14,683 nt of DNA from Gemmatimonadales bacterium (GCA_039794085.1 JBDIWC010000075.1:1-14683), one strand, 5' to 3'. Shown: positions 1 through 7,427, counted from the first letter of the stretch. The notes: a model not told the origin generated them from the letters alone. Made by a program: numbers and translations.

Positions 1-76
1 GAAACCCTGAAGAGCCCCAAGTGGGATGCCGTCACAGACGCCGTCACACGCACGGCCGGAGCGGGTGTCCGGGGGG

Positions 77-127
77 CGCCCCAAATATTGTTGCCGTTTT
101 GTGTTCAATCTTGTCCGTAAGGGACTA
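77..127 (-). repeat. 51-bp conserved head of a dispersed repeat element (inverted copy of 14126-14176 and 14456-14506)
   Basis: Reverse complement TAGTCCCTTACGGACAAGATTGAACACAAAACGGCAACAATATTTGGGGCG matches 14126-14176 at 47/51 and 14456-14506 at 48/51 by manual alignment. Confidence 0.93.
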
Positions 128-133
128 AAGACG

Positions 134-177
134 TGGCGGGCCGGGTCGACGATGCCTACCGTCGAGCCGACCCGCCA
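134..177 (-). terminator. Probable terminator hairpin downstream of the heme lipoprotein gene
   Basis: Imperfect inverted repeat TGGCGGG-CCGG-GTCGACG / CGTCGAG-CCGA-CCCGCCA, 23 bp after the stop at 201. Only a weak T-tail (CGTCTTT) on the minus strand. Confidence 0.55.
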
Positions 178-200
178 GCCTACCCGTACCCGGTATCGGT

Positions 201-1625
201 TCAGGGTCTGAAGCGCATGAAGGCCACCACGGGTTGGTAACGATGCTCGATCTGAGCGTTGTCGAAGATCGCCACGCCAAAGGCATAGTCCCGGGCCAGG
301 TCGTCGAACTGGACGTCGAAGGGGTCTCCGGTCACCAGACGGCGGCGGATCTCGACGATCCATCGACCGGAGTTGTGCAGGCCCTTGGCGTCGATGTCGG
401 CTCGGGCCCCCGTCGGCCCGGAGGTGATCATGTTGGCGATCTCCGTTCCCACCGGGAGCGCATTAAGCTCGGCGTCGGTCAGGGCGACCTTCTGGTTGTC
501 GAAGATATAGTACGGTGGGACGGCCACCGACGGTCCGCGGTACTTGGGCCGCCCGTTGATCGCCGGGTTGCTGCCATAGCCCCCGGAGCCGGGGTCACTG
601 GCGCGTCCGCCATTCCCCGCGTTCGCGGGTCCCGGCTCCCAGAACCGGACATGCTGGTCATCCGCCTTGGCGTGCTGATTGGTCCGGACCAGCTTCCAGT
701 GCCACATGTCGGCGATCTCTCCGGGGACATTGGTGTACTTCTTGGATGCGAGTTCCGGGGTGGTGATGTTGTAGGTGGCCCCCGGCTTGTTTCCCTGGGA
801 GGGGTCGTGGCAGAGGACGGCACAGCCGGCCTTGTTGAAACCGGCAACCTCCGACACGCCATTAGTGTTCCAGATGATCCCGAGCTTGTCCTCGTACGCA
901 AAGCTCGCCCGGTCCTCCTCGTTGGGATGGCCCGCGATGTACTCAAGCCAGGTCATGCCATCAGTTGGGAGAGGCGACTTGGCGGCGACGGTTGCCCACG
1001 TGCCGTCGGGACGCTTGATCCACGGTTGACGCCGAATGCTGGCCTTGTCGTCGTCCCAGACGAGGAGCATGTAGAGGTAGGTGTCGTCGTAGGCCGCCTT
1101 GACCGACACGAACTCGGCCTCTCCGAAGCCCCCGGTGACTCTCAGGCTCGTTCCCGGGGTGGTGCCCCACACCGCGTCGAAGAATCCATCGATGGAGGGA
1201 GGCGGCGTCGGTGTCCCCGCTCCGGTGCGGACCGCCTCCACGGTCATTCCTCCACCCCCCAGGGGCAGCGTGCCGATCCACGCCGCCACAATGCTGCGAT
1301 GCTCCGCCGTGTAGGCGGGAACCAGGCCACCACCGTGAGGAGTCAGGTTCTGGGGCTTGAGGAGGATGAGGCTGTTTTCCGGATCCGAGGGATCCACGAG
1401 TCCTGAAGTGTACAAGGCCGCGGAATCCATCGTGGTGAGAAAGAACCTGCCGGAACCCGCCCCATGACACGAGCCGCAGTCCTGGGTCAGGACCTGGTTC
1501 ACGGCGAGAAACGACACCTCGTTTTCGTTCGGAGCCGTGTTGCCATCACCCGAACAGGACACGATCAGGCCGTACGGCAGGACGACCGAGACGAAGAGAG
1601 CCATCCGCCGGATCTGTGAAGTCAT
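201..1625 (-). CDS. Lipoprotein with an N-terminal c-type cytochrome domain fused to an ethylbenzene-dehydrogenase-gamma-like (EB_dh/DOMON) heme-binding domain, 474 aa
   Basis: Start MTSQIRR preceded by AGGGG. Hydrophobic stretch then lipobox-like LIVS-C. DCGSCH (CxxCH) and later HGGG. DOMON-like segments IDGFFDAVW, VKAAYDDTYLYMLLVWDD, YEDKLGIIW, GCAVLCH, DMWHWK, WIVEIRRRL, FGVAIFDN. Confidence 0.8.
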   Translation of the reverse strand: MTSQIRRMALFVSVVLPYGLIVSCSGDGNTAPNENEVSFLAVNQVLTQDCGSCHGAGSGRFFLTTMDSAALYTSGLVDPSDPENSLILLKPQNLTPHGGGLVPAYTAEHRSIVAAWIGTLPLGGGGMTVEAVRTGAGTPTPPPSIDGFFDAVWGTTPGTSLRVTGGFGEAEFVSVKAAYDDTYLYMLLVWDDDKASIRRQPWIKRPDGTWATVAAKSPLPTDGMTWLEYIAGHPNEEDRASFAYEDKLGIIWNTNGVSEVAGFNKAGCAVLCHDPSQGNKPGATYNITTPELASKKYTNVPGEIADMWHWKLVRTNQHAKADDQHVRFWEPGPANAGNGGRASDPGSGGYGSNPAINGRPKYRGPSVAVPPYYIFDNQKVALTDAELNALPVGTEIANMITSGPTGARADIDAKGLHNSGRWIVEIRRRLVTGDPFDVQFDDLARDYAFGVAIFDNAQIEHRYQPVVAFMRFRP

Positions 1626-1788
1626 TTGGAACGCCCCTGAGAATGTGCTCATAAACAATGGGGCGGTCCCCCTCATGGAAGCATGAGAGAAGTGGGAAAC
1701 CTCACTCAGAGGGAATTCACGGTTTCTTCAGGAGTCTTCTTGCGCACAGGAGACATCCCGAGGTTGGATGGCGGCCCTCGACCGTGCT

Positions 1789-2457
1789 TCAGATGTGACG
1801 CTTGCGGGCCAGGGTCAGACCGTCCGCCAGGGGAAGGAGACTCAGGTCCACACGGACATCAGCATGGATAAAGGTGTTGAGCGCGCGGATCGCCTCGATG
1901 TCGGGGTCGGACTGGGCCGGGTCCGCCACGGTGCCGCTCCAGAGCACATTGTCGATCGCCATGACGCCACCGGGGCGAAGCAGCGTGAGGCATCGCTCAT
2001 AATAGGCCCGATAGTTCGGCTTGTCGGCGTCGATGAAGGCAAAGTCGACGGTGCCGGCCTGGCCGTCGGCGAGGAGTGCATCGAGCGTCTCGATGGCAGG
2101 CGCAATCCGAAGATCGATCCGGTCCGCAACGCCCGCTTCTTCCCAGTACCGCCGAGCGATGCCAGTGTACTCCTCGCTCACGTCGCAGGCCACGATCCGG
2201 CCCTCGGTCGGTAAGGCCAGCGCCATCGCCAACGAGCTGTACCCCGTAAACACCCCGACCTCGAGGATCCGGCGCGCGCCGAGCATCCGAATGAGCAGAG
2301 CCATGAACTGCCCCTGCTCCGGAGCGATCTGCATGTTCGCCATCGGGTGCGTGGCGGTCTCCTCCCGCAGGCGGCGGAGAATATCGGGTTCCCGGAGGGA
2401 CACCCGAAGGAGGTAGTCGTGCAGCCGGTCGTCGAGGGTGAGGGTCTTCCGGCTCAT
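1789..2457 (-). CDS. Class I SAM-dependent O-methyltransferase (caffeoyl-CoA OMT/Methyltransf_3 family), 222 aa
   Basis: Motifs MQIAPEQGQFM, ILEVGVFTGYS, DFAFIDADK, LRPGG, IDNVLWSG, LPLADGLTL. ATG lies 1 nt after the upstream gene's TGA. Confidence 0.95.
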   Translation of the reverse strand: MSRKTLTLDDRLHDYLLRVSLREPDILRRLREETATHPMANMQIAPEQGQFMALLIRMLGARRILEVGVFTGYSSLAMALALPTEGRIVACDVSEEYTGIARRYWEEAGVADRIDLRIAPAIETLDALLADGQAGTVDFAFIDADKPNYRAYYERCLTLLRPGGVMAIDNVLWSGTVADPAQSDPDIEAIRALNTFIHADVRVDLSLLPLADGLTLARKRHI

Positions 2458-2458
2458 G

Positions 2459-3769
2459 TCAGAGTCCCTGCCGGTCCACCGAAAGCACCGTCCGCAGAAG
2501 CACATTGGCTCCGTTGGCCACGTCCTCGGGATGGGTCAGCTCCTTCGGGGAGTGACTCACCCCGCCCGCACTCGGCACGAAGATCATCCCGATCGGTGCG
2601 ATCCGGGCCATCTCCTGGGCATCATGTCCCGCCCCGCTCGGCATGGAGCGGTGCGTGAGCCCCAGCCCCTCGGCGGCACGGGCAATCCGCTGTTGGAGAC
2701 GGGGGTCGGTGAGCGCCGGCTCGTTGGTGCTGGTGGCCTTGAGGGCGAAGGTCGTCCCGGTGTCCCGGGCGATCTGACGGCCGAGGTCCTCGAAACGACT
2801 CGTGAATCGCGTGAGAGTCTCGACCGACAGGTCGCGCAGGTCGACCGTGAGCATCACCGATCCCGGCACGATGTTCGTGGTGCCCGGGGTCACGATCATC
2901 CGCCCCACCGTGGCGACCTGGCGGCCCGGTTCCGACCGGATCGCCTCGTTGACCCCCACGGTGAAGTGGGCCGCGGCGAGCATCGCATCCTGCCGCTGGT
3001 CCATCGGCGTGGTCCCCGCATGGTTGGCGAACCCCGTGAAGGTCACCTCGAACCAGCGGAGGCCCACGATCCCTTCCACCACGCCGATGTCGGTTCCGGT
3101 GGCATCGAGAATTCCCCCCTGTTCGATGTGCAGTTCGAGGAAGCAGCGCAGGTCACCGGACTGGCGCCGGGCCTCGGCCAGCCGGGAAAGATCTCCCCCG
3201 AGCCGGGGGATGCCGTCTCGAACCGAGATGCCCGACCGCATCACCCGGTCGAACTCCTCGGGCTCGAGTCCGCTGCTCATCAGCTTGCTCCCGACCGTCC
3301 CGCCCTCCTCGTTCTGGAAGATGACCACCTCCACCGGATGCCGGGTGGGGAGGTTCCGGTCATGGAGGGTGTGGACCGCTTCGATCGCCGCCATCGAGCC
3401 GACGTCACCGTCGTAGTTGCCGCCGTTGGTGACCGAGTCGATATGGGAGCCGATCAGGATCGCCGGAAGGCCGGGTTCGGTCCCCGCGCGGCGGCCGAGG
3501 ATGTTGCCCGCGGCGTCGATCCGAGGGGAGAGCCCGGCCGCGCGCATCAGGTCCATGGCATAGCGCCGTCCGGCCAGGTCGGCGTCGGAGTAGGCCACGC
3601 GCATGGTCCCCTCGGGGGTGGCTCCGAAGGCAGAGAGCTCGGTGAGGTGACGGTTGACCCGCGCGGAGTTCACCCGGGGATCCTCCTGGGACCGGAGACC
3701 GGCGGGAATCGGGATCGCCGAGGTCATCGAGAGCGCGGCGACGGTGGAGACGAAATCACGGCGCTGCAT
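2459..3769 (-). CDS. Zn-dependent M20-family amidohydrolase (N-carbamoyl-L-amino-acid/allantoate amidohydrolase-like) with Tat signal peptide, 436 aa
   Basis: N-terminal MQRRDFV twin-arginine motif. Metal-ligand motifs GSHIDS, GNYDG, NEEG, LELHIEQG, ANHAGTTPM, GAGHDAQ, SHSPKE. Confidence 0.92.
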   Translation of the reverse strand: MQRRDFVSTVAALSMTSAIPIPAGLRSQEDPRVNSARVNRHLTELSAFGATPEGTMRVAYSDADLAGRRYAMDLMRAAGLSPRIDAAGNILGRRAGTEPGLPAILIGSHIDSVTNGGNYDGDVGSMAAIEAVHTLHDRNLPTRHPVEVVIFQNEEGGTVGSKLMSSGLEPEEFDRVMRSGISVRDGIPRLGGDLSRLAEARRQSGDLRCFLELHIEQGGILDATGTDIGVVEGIVGLRWFEVTFTGFANHAGTTPMDQRQDAMLAAAHFTVGVNEAIRSEPGRQVATVGRMIVTPGTTNIVPGSVMLTVDLRDLSVETLTRFTSRFEDLGRQIARDTGTTFALKATSTNEPALTDPRLQQRIARAAEGLGLTHRSMPSGAGHDAQEMARIAPIGMIFVPSAGGVSHSPKELTHPEDVANGANVLLRTVLSVDRQGL

Positions 3770-3805
3770 GGGGGGGGCCTTTTCGAGGGGATTGGGAAAG
3801 TATAT

Positions 3806-3845
3806 GGGGGGAGTAGGGAGTGGGGAATAGAGAGTAGGGGGTAGG
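3806..3845 (+). repeat. Degenerate GGGAGTA-class heptamer tandem array
   Basis: GGGGGGA GTAGGGA GTGGGGA ATAGAGA GTAGGGG GTAGG, 7-bp period. Confidence 0.75.
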
Positions 3846-3846
3846 T

Positions 3847-3870
3847 GTAGGGGCGACGCATGCGTCGCCC
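3847..3870 (+). repeat. GTAG-tagged REP-like palindrome
   Basis: GTAG followed by the perfect 20-bp palindrome GGGCGACGCATGCGTCGCCC (3851-3870). Confidence 0.8.
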
Positions 3871-3877
3871 TTGCCTC

Positions 3878-3992
3878 TGTCCCATGTCCTCTGTCCTATG
3901 TCCTCTGTCCTATGTCCTCTGTCCTATGTCCTCTGTCCTATGTCCTCTGTCCTATGTCCTCTGTCCTCTGTTGTCCTCTGTCCTCTGTCCTG
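3878..3992. repeat. TGTCCT(C/A) heptamer tandem array, about 16 units, with a 14-bp higher-order period; overlaps the 3' end of the IYD-like gene
   Basis: 13 units (3878-3968, mostly alternating TGTCCTC/TGTCCTA), a 3-bp interruption, then 3 more units (3972-3992). Confidence 0.97.
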
Positions 3993-4651
3993 AACTCCGC
4001 GATCTCCTCCAGCGATTTCCGCGAGATGTCGGGGACCATGGCATCCGGGGCGGGGTACCCCGTCACCAGCAACAGAAAGGGCCGTTCCGTGGCCGGCCGG
4101 TGGAGCAGGGTGTTCAGAAATCCCATCGGGCTCGGGGTGTGGGTCAGGGAGACGAGTCCCGCGTGGTGCAGGGCGGCGATCAGGAATCCGGTGGCGAGTC
4201 CCACCGATTCGGTCACGTAGTAGTGCGGCACACGAGTACCATCTGGACGCTCCCCGTGCCGCTTGGCGAACACGGCGATGAGCCACGGAGCAGTTCCCAG
4301 GTAGGGCTTGTTCTCGTCGGTGCCCAGATGAGCCAGCGCCTCCAGCCACTCGGGGGGAGCGCGGTGCCGGTAGAACTCCCGCTCCTCGCGTTCCGCCGCC
4401 TCGCGAATCTGTCGTTTGACTACCGGGTCGGAGACCGCCACGAAGTGCCACGGCTGGAGGTTGGCCCCGCTCGGTGCGGTCCCCGCCGTCCGAAGGCACA
4501 CCTCGATCAGCTCACGCGGGACCGGCCGGTCGGAGAAGGCCCGTACTGTCCTTCGGCGCTGCATCTCGTCATGGAAGGCCTTGGCGCGGGCCAGCATCTC
4601 GTTCACCGGCCGTTCGGGCCAGGGCAGCGGGAGAAACCGGGGAGGAGACAT
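3938..4651 (-). CDS. Iodotyrosine deiodinase-like FMN-dependent nitroreductase-family protein, about 237 aa (start could be 4720)
   Basis: [21 protein letters not shown], lid region EREFY...TDENKPYL with the E-x3-Y-x20-K spacing of the IYD substrate-binding triad, [21 protein letters not shown]. Confidence 0.88.
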   Translation of the reverse strand: MSPPRFLPLPWPERPVNEMLARAKAFHDEMQRRRTVRAFSDRPVPRELIEVCLRTAGTAPSGANLQPWHFVAVSDPVVKRQIREAAEREEREFYRHRAPPEWLEALAHLGTDENKPYLGTAPWLIAVFAKRHGERPDGTRVPHYYVTESVGLATGFLIAALHHAGLVSLTHTPSPMGFLNTLLHRPATERPFLLLVTGYPAPDAMVPDISRKSLEEIAEFRTEDRGQQRTEDIGQRT

Positions 4652-4723
4652 GGGCGGGCTCGGGGTGGGAGAGAGAGGTGCCGTCGCGCGGGACGGATCT
4701 CCTGGACGCGGATTGCGCATCGG

Positions 4724-5173
4724 TCAGTGTGGTGTCGGGGCTGGCCACGGGAGTGACACCTTCAGCGGCATGACCCGGGCGATCAGCAGAAAATCGCTGG
4801 TGTTGTAGGTCAGGATGGTCGCCCCCAGCTCTCGGGCCGTCGCCGCGATGAGCAGATCATTCGCAAAACTGCGCTGCAGCAGACTCCCGGAATACGTGCC
4901 GAGTGCCCGGAGTCGGCGGTCTGCCTCCGCCGCCAATTCCCAGGTCGAGAGGGCCGGAGTGTGGATTCGTCCGCGGGTGCGGAAGGGTTCGATCAGGCCC
5001 GCCTCAACTTGGCGTCGCCGATCCGGAGCGGTCGCGCCCGCGAGCAGCTCGTGCACTACGACCGCGCTCAACAGGATGCGTGGCAGCAGCAGTCGGTGGA
5101 ACGATTGGAAGTCAGGAACGTCATCCGGACGGGTGAATGCCCGGATATAGACATTGCTGTCGAGCAGGTACAT
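4724..5173 (-). CDS. vapC: PIN-domain VapC-family toxin, 149 aa
   Basis: MYLLDSNVYI, VVHELLAGA, ANDLLIAATA, LTYNTSDF give the acidic PIN tetrad. ATG lies 1 nt after the antitoxin stop. Confidence 0.93.
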   Translation of the reverse strand: MYLLDSNVYIRAFTRPDDVPDFQSFHRLLLPRILLSAVVVHELLAGATAPDRRRQVEAGLIEPFRTRGRIHTPALSTWELAAEADRRLRALGTYSGSLLQRSFANDLLIAATARELGATILTYNTSDFLLIARVMPLKVSLPWPAPTPH

Positions 5174-5174
5174 C

Positions 5175-5408
5175 TCAGCCTGCAGCAGGCGGGAAGAAGT
5201 CTTCAAATCCCCCTCGCCCCAGGAGTTCGGAGAGGCCGGCATTGACCTCGGATCGAAACTGCGCGAGATCGGTCACTGCATCCAGGGCGCGGGTGATGGT
5301 TTCCGTCTCGGTGGCAGCGCCAAGCACCTTCTTGGCCCTGTCGATCTTGCCCTGATCCAGGATCAGGTTCTTGCGGCGCAGAACGGGTTTCTTGGCAGAG
5401 CGGGTCAT
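5175..5408 (-). CDS. vapB: VapB-family antitoxin, 77 aa
   Basis: Small ORF directly upstream of the PIN gene. RKNLILDQGKIDRAKKVLGAATETETITRAL fits an RHH-like VapB pattern. AAGGAG RBS. Confidence 0.85.
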   Translation of the reverse strand: MTRSAKKPVLRRKNLILDQGKIDRAKKVLGAATETETITRALDAVTDLAQFRSEVNAGLSELLGRGGFEDFFPPAAG

Positions 5409-5414
5409 GCGGAT

Positions 5415-5452
5415 CTCCTTGCAATATGTATAATAGCATCATTGATCTGTAT
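5415..5452 (-). promoter_or_regulatory. Putative promoter/operator of the leftward vapBC operon
   Basis: Minus strand: extended -10 TG-C-TATTAT (5438-5430), direct repeats ATACAGAT (5452-5445) and ATACATAT (5431-5424) 21 bp apart, RBS AAGGAG (5420-5415). Confidence 0.55.
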
Positions 5453-5488
5453 GGCCAGACCCGTCGGCTGAGTGGCAGCCCCGACCGG

Positions 5489-5522
5489 TTGACTTACTGT
5501 GAAACTGTATTACAGTGAATAC
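5489..5522 (+). promoter_or_regulatory. Putative promoter/operator of the rightward TA operon (probably leaderless)
   Basis: TTGACT (5489-5494), 16-bp spacer, TACAGT (5511-5516). Palindrome ACTGTA-T-TACAGT (5504-5516) overlaps the -10. ATG lies 6 nt after the -10 with no SD. Confidence 0.6.
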
Positions 5523-5777
5523 ATGAAAAATATCACAGTTTCTGTGGACGATGACCTCTACAAACGGTCGCGGGTCTGGGCGGCCCAGGCGGGGTCCACG
5601 GTGTCGGCCCTGGTGCGGGCCTTTCTGACCAGGCTCACGGAGGAGGATCCCGAGTTCGACCGGCTCGCTGAGCGGCAGCGCGCGCTGATTCAGCAGATCC
5701 GGGCGGAGTACCCCCACTTCTCGGCGGGGGATCGGTTGACCCGGAGTGCGGTTCACGAGCGCGATGCGCTTCGTTGA
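5523..5777 (+). CDS. Ribbon-helix-helix antitoxin (DUF6364/CopG-like), 84 aa
   Basis: MKNITVSVDDDLYKRSRVWAAQAGSTVSALVRAFL is a typical RHH. C-terminal DRLTRSAVHER. Overlaps the start of the PIN gene. Confidence 0.88.
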   Translation: MKNITVSVDDDLYKRSRVWAAQAGSTVSALVRAFLTRLTEEDPEFDRLAERQRALIQQIRAEYPHFSAGDRLTRSAVHERDALR

Positions 5778-6180
5778 CACCAACATTCTGTTGTACGCAC
5801 TGAGCTCCCGACCGACCGAGGCTGACAAGGCCGCTCGAGCAGTTGCCATCCTCGCCGAGCCGGCGCTGGCGCTCTCGGTCCAGGTGCTGCAGGAGTTCTA
5901 CGTACAGGCCACACGTCGCTCTTCCGCCGACCCACTTTCCCATGAGGATGCCGTGGCGTTCATGGCCACGCTGGAACGATTCCCCGTGCAGGCAATGACG
6001 GTGGACGTGATGCGCGCCGCACTGGGGGCACGAGTCCGGTGGCAACTGAACTATTGGGATGCCGCGATCGTGGAGGCGGCAAGAGCGCTGGGGTGTCGGG
6101 AGCTGTTGTCGGAGGATCTGCAGCACGGACAGAACCTGGACGGTGTCCGCGTCGTCAATCCCTTTCTGACACCTGAATAG
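5764..6180 (+). CDS. vapC: PIN-domain VapC-family toxin, 138 aa
   Basis: MRFVDTNILLY, SVQVLQEFY, YWDAAIVEAA, LLSEDLQHG, VVNPF. Confidence 0.94.
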   Translation: MRFVDTNILLYALSSRPTEADKAARAVAILAEPALALSVQVLQEFYVQATRRSSADPLSHEDAVAFMATLERFPVQAMTVDVMRAALGARVRWQLNYWDAAIVEAARALGCRELLSEDLQHGQNLDGVRVVNPFLTPE

Positions 6181-6230
6181 CCGACCGCCTGTCGTTGCCA
6201 CCTGGTGCCCGGGCGAGGCTGGCTCGTCCC

Positions 6231-6275
6231 CCCGACTCCCGACTCCCTACTCCCGACTCCCTACTCCCACTCCCC
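6231..6275 (-). repeat. GGGAGTA/GGGAGTC-class heptamer array (CCC(G/T)ACT on + strand) between convergent genes
   Basis: CCCGACT CCCGACT CCCTACT CCCGACT CCCTACT CCCACT CCCC. Confidence 0.92.
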
Positions 6276-6293
6276 CTCCCTCCATTACCCCCC

Positions 6294-7115
6294 CTACCTC
6301 CTTGTCACCCGCACTGACCCGTTGGTTGTGACCGCCCGGATCGTCGGGCCGCCGTTGCCCAGGTCGGTGGAGAGGCTCCTGCCGAGGCGGCCCTGAACCT
6401 GGATCGGGAAGTCGACGGTCATTCCGCCGTTGGTGGTTCTCGCTTCGAGGTGGGCATTCACTCCGTCAGGAAGAGCGAGCCGCACGGAGCCGTTGGTGGT
6501 GCGAATATCGAGCCCGTCCGGGGAGATCTGGCCGCCCGCCATCGTGATGCGAACCCCGCCGTTGGTGGTACGGGCCGTCACCGCTCCACTCACCCCGTCG
6601 AGGGTGATCCCGCCATTGGTCGTCTGCATCTTCAGGCGCCCGGACACGTCCACGACCCGGAGGCCTCCGTTGGTGGATCGGAGGTTCAGTTCCTGGCCGC
6701 GGGGCACAAAGACGTCGTAGCTCACCGACCAGCTCTCCCGACCCTCCCGGTTCGGGCCGGTGGCGGAGATCTCGTTTCCCGCCGCGGTGATGCGAACCTC
6801 CGAACCGATGCGGGCGGCCGTCTCCGCCGTGCGCGCCTGGGCCTGGATCCGGGCGCGGACCAGCACCTCGTCCCGATCCCAGCCGACCACATTGATCCCG
6901 CCGTTCGGTCGGCCGTTGACCTGGAGAACGCCGACCGGGGCGGCCATCCTCTCCTCCCGGACCTCACAGTGGCGCTCAGTCCGTCTCGATTCCTGGGCTC
7001 GGCACCGTTCCAGCCACTCGGCGGCGCTGGAGCGCTCTTCCTGGGCGGCGGCCAATGTGAGGGCTCCGCTGAAAAGCATGATCGTGGCTGTCAGGGCGAG
7101 AGTCGGGTGTGGCAT
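6294..7115 (-). CDS. Secreted DUF4097-family beta-strand-repeat (adhesin-like) protein, 273 aa
   Basis: Signal peptide MPHPTLALTATIMLFSGALTLAAA. Repeated (S/T)TNGG/TTNGS turns. GGAGGG RBS. Confidence 0.9.
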   Translation of the reverse strand: MPHPTLALTATIMLFSGALTLAAAQEERSSAAEWLERCRAQESRRTERHCEVREERMAAPVGVLQVNGRPNGGINVVGWDRDEVLVRARIQAQARTAETAARIGSEVRITAAGNEISATGPNREGRESWSVSYDVFVPRGQELNLRSTNGGLRVVDVSGRLKMQTTNGGITLDGVSGAVTARTTNGGVRITMAGGQISPDGLDIRTTNGSVRLALPDGVNAHLEARTTNGGMTVDFPIQVQGRLGRSLSTDLGNGGPTIRAVTTNGSVRVTRR

Positions 7116-7202
7116 GGTCCCTCCGGGATGGAAACTGGGCCTGTCTCGGCTGGTGAGACGCCGGGATCGGGGGAAAGGTTGGATCGCGGTGCGTTCCATT
7201 TT

Positions 7203-7236
7203 GTAACAACATGTTTACTGGGACCTGCCCTGTCAA
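7203..7236 (-). promoter_or_regulatory. Putative sigma70-type promoter with overlapping palindrome upstream of the DUF4097 gene
   Basis: Perfect TTGACA on the minus strand (7236-7231), 17-bp spacer, weak -10 CATGTT embedded in the near-palindrome GTAAACATGTTGTTAC (7218-7203). Confidence 0.45.
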
Positions 7237-7290
7237 GGGAGGACCAACGGGCTCCGCCGACTGGAGGAGGGGCCAGAGTGTACATCGGAG

Positions 7291-7319
7291 CGTCACACCC
7301 CGGTGAATGCCGGGGTCCA
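7291..7319 (+). repeat. CGTC-tagged REP-like hairpin (uninterrupted form)
   Basis: CGTCACACCCCGGTGAATGCCGGGGTCCA with a CCCCGG/CCGGGG stem. Confidence 0.8.
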
Positions 7320-7332
7320 CCCATTGGAGGGG

Positions 7333-7409
7333 ACTCACACGAAGGCACGAAGAACACGAAAGGGGGATGATACTCACGCGAAGCCGCGAAGGGCGAGAAG
7401 CACACGGGG
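7333..7409 (+). repeat. Two consecutive 8-9-bp-period arrays (CACGAAG-/CGCGAAG-type)
   Basis: ACTCA-CACGAAGG-CACGAAGAA-CACGAAAGG and ACTCA-CGCGAAGC-CGCGAAGGG-CGAGAAG. Confidence 0.8.
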
Positions 7410-7427
7410 TGTCAGGGTTCTTCGGGA

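Noticed and set aside
28..49. GCCGTCACA direct repeat with a 12-bp period
   Set aside because: Only two units at the window edge; it probably belongs to the truncated left element and cannot be interpreted.
201..1625. Ethylbenzene, chlorate or selenate reductase operon
   Set aside because: Only a gamma-like heme domain is present; no molybdopterin or Fe-S subunits are in the window.
3860..4220. Cys-rich repeat peptide ([14 protein letters not shown])n as a metallothionein or RiPP precursor
   Set aside because: It is simply the translation of the TGTCCTM heptamer array, antisense to the IYD gene, with no RBS or maturation genes.
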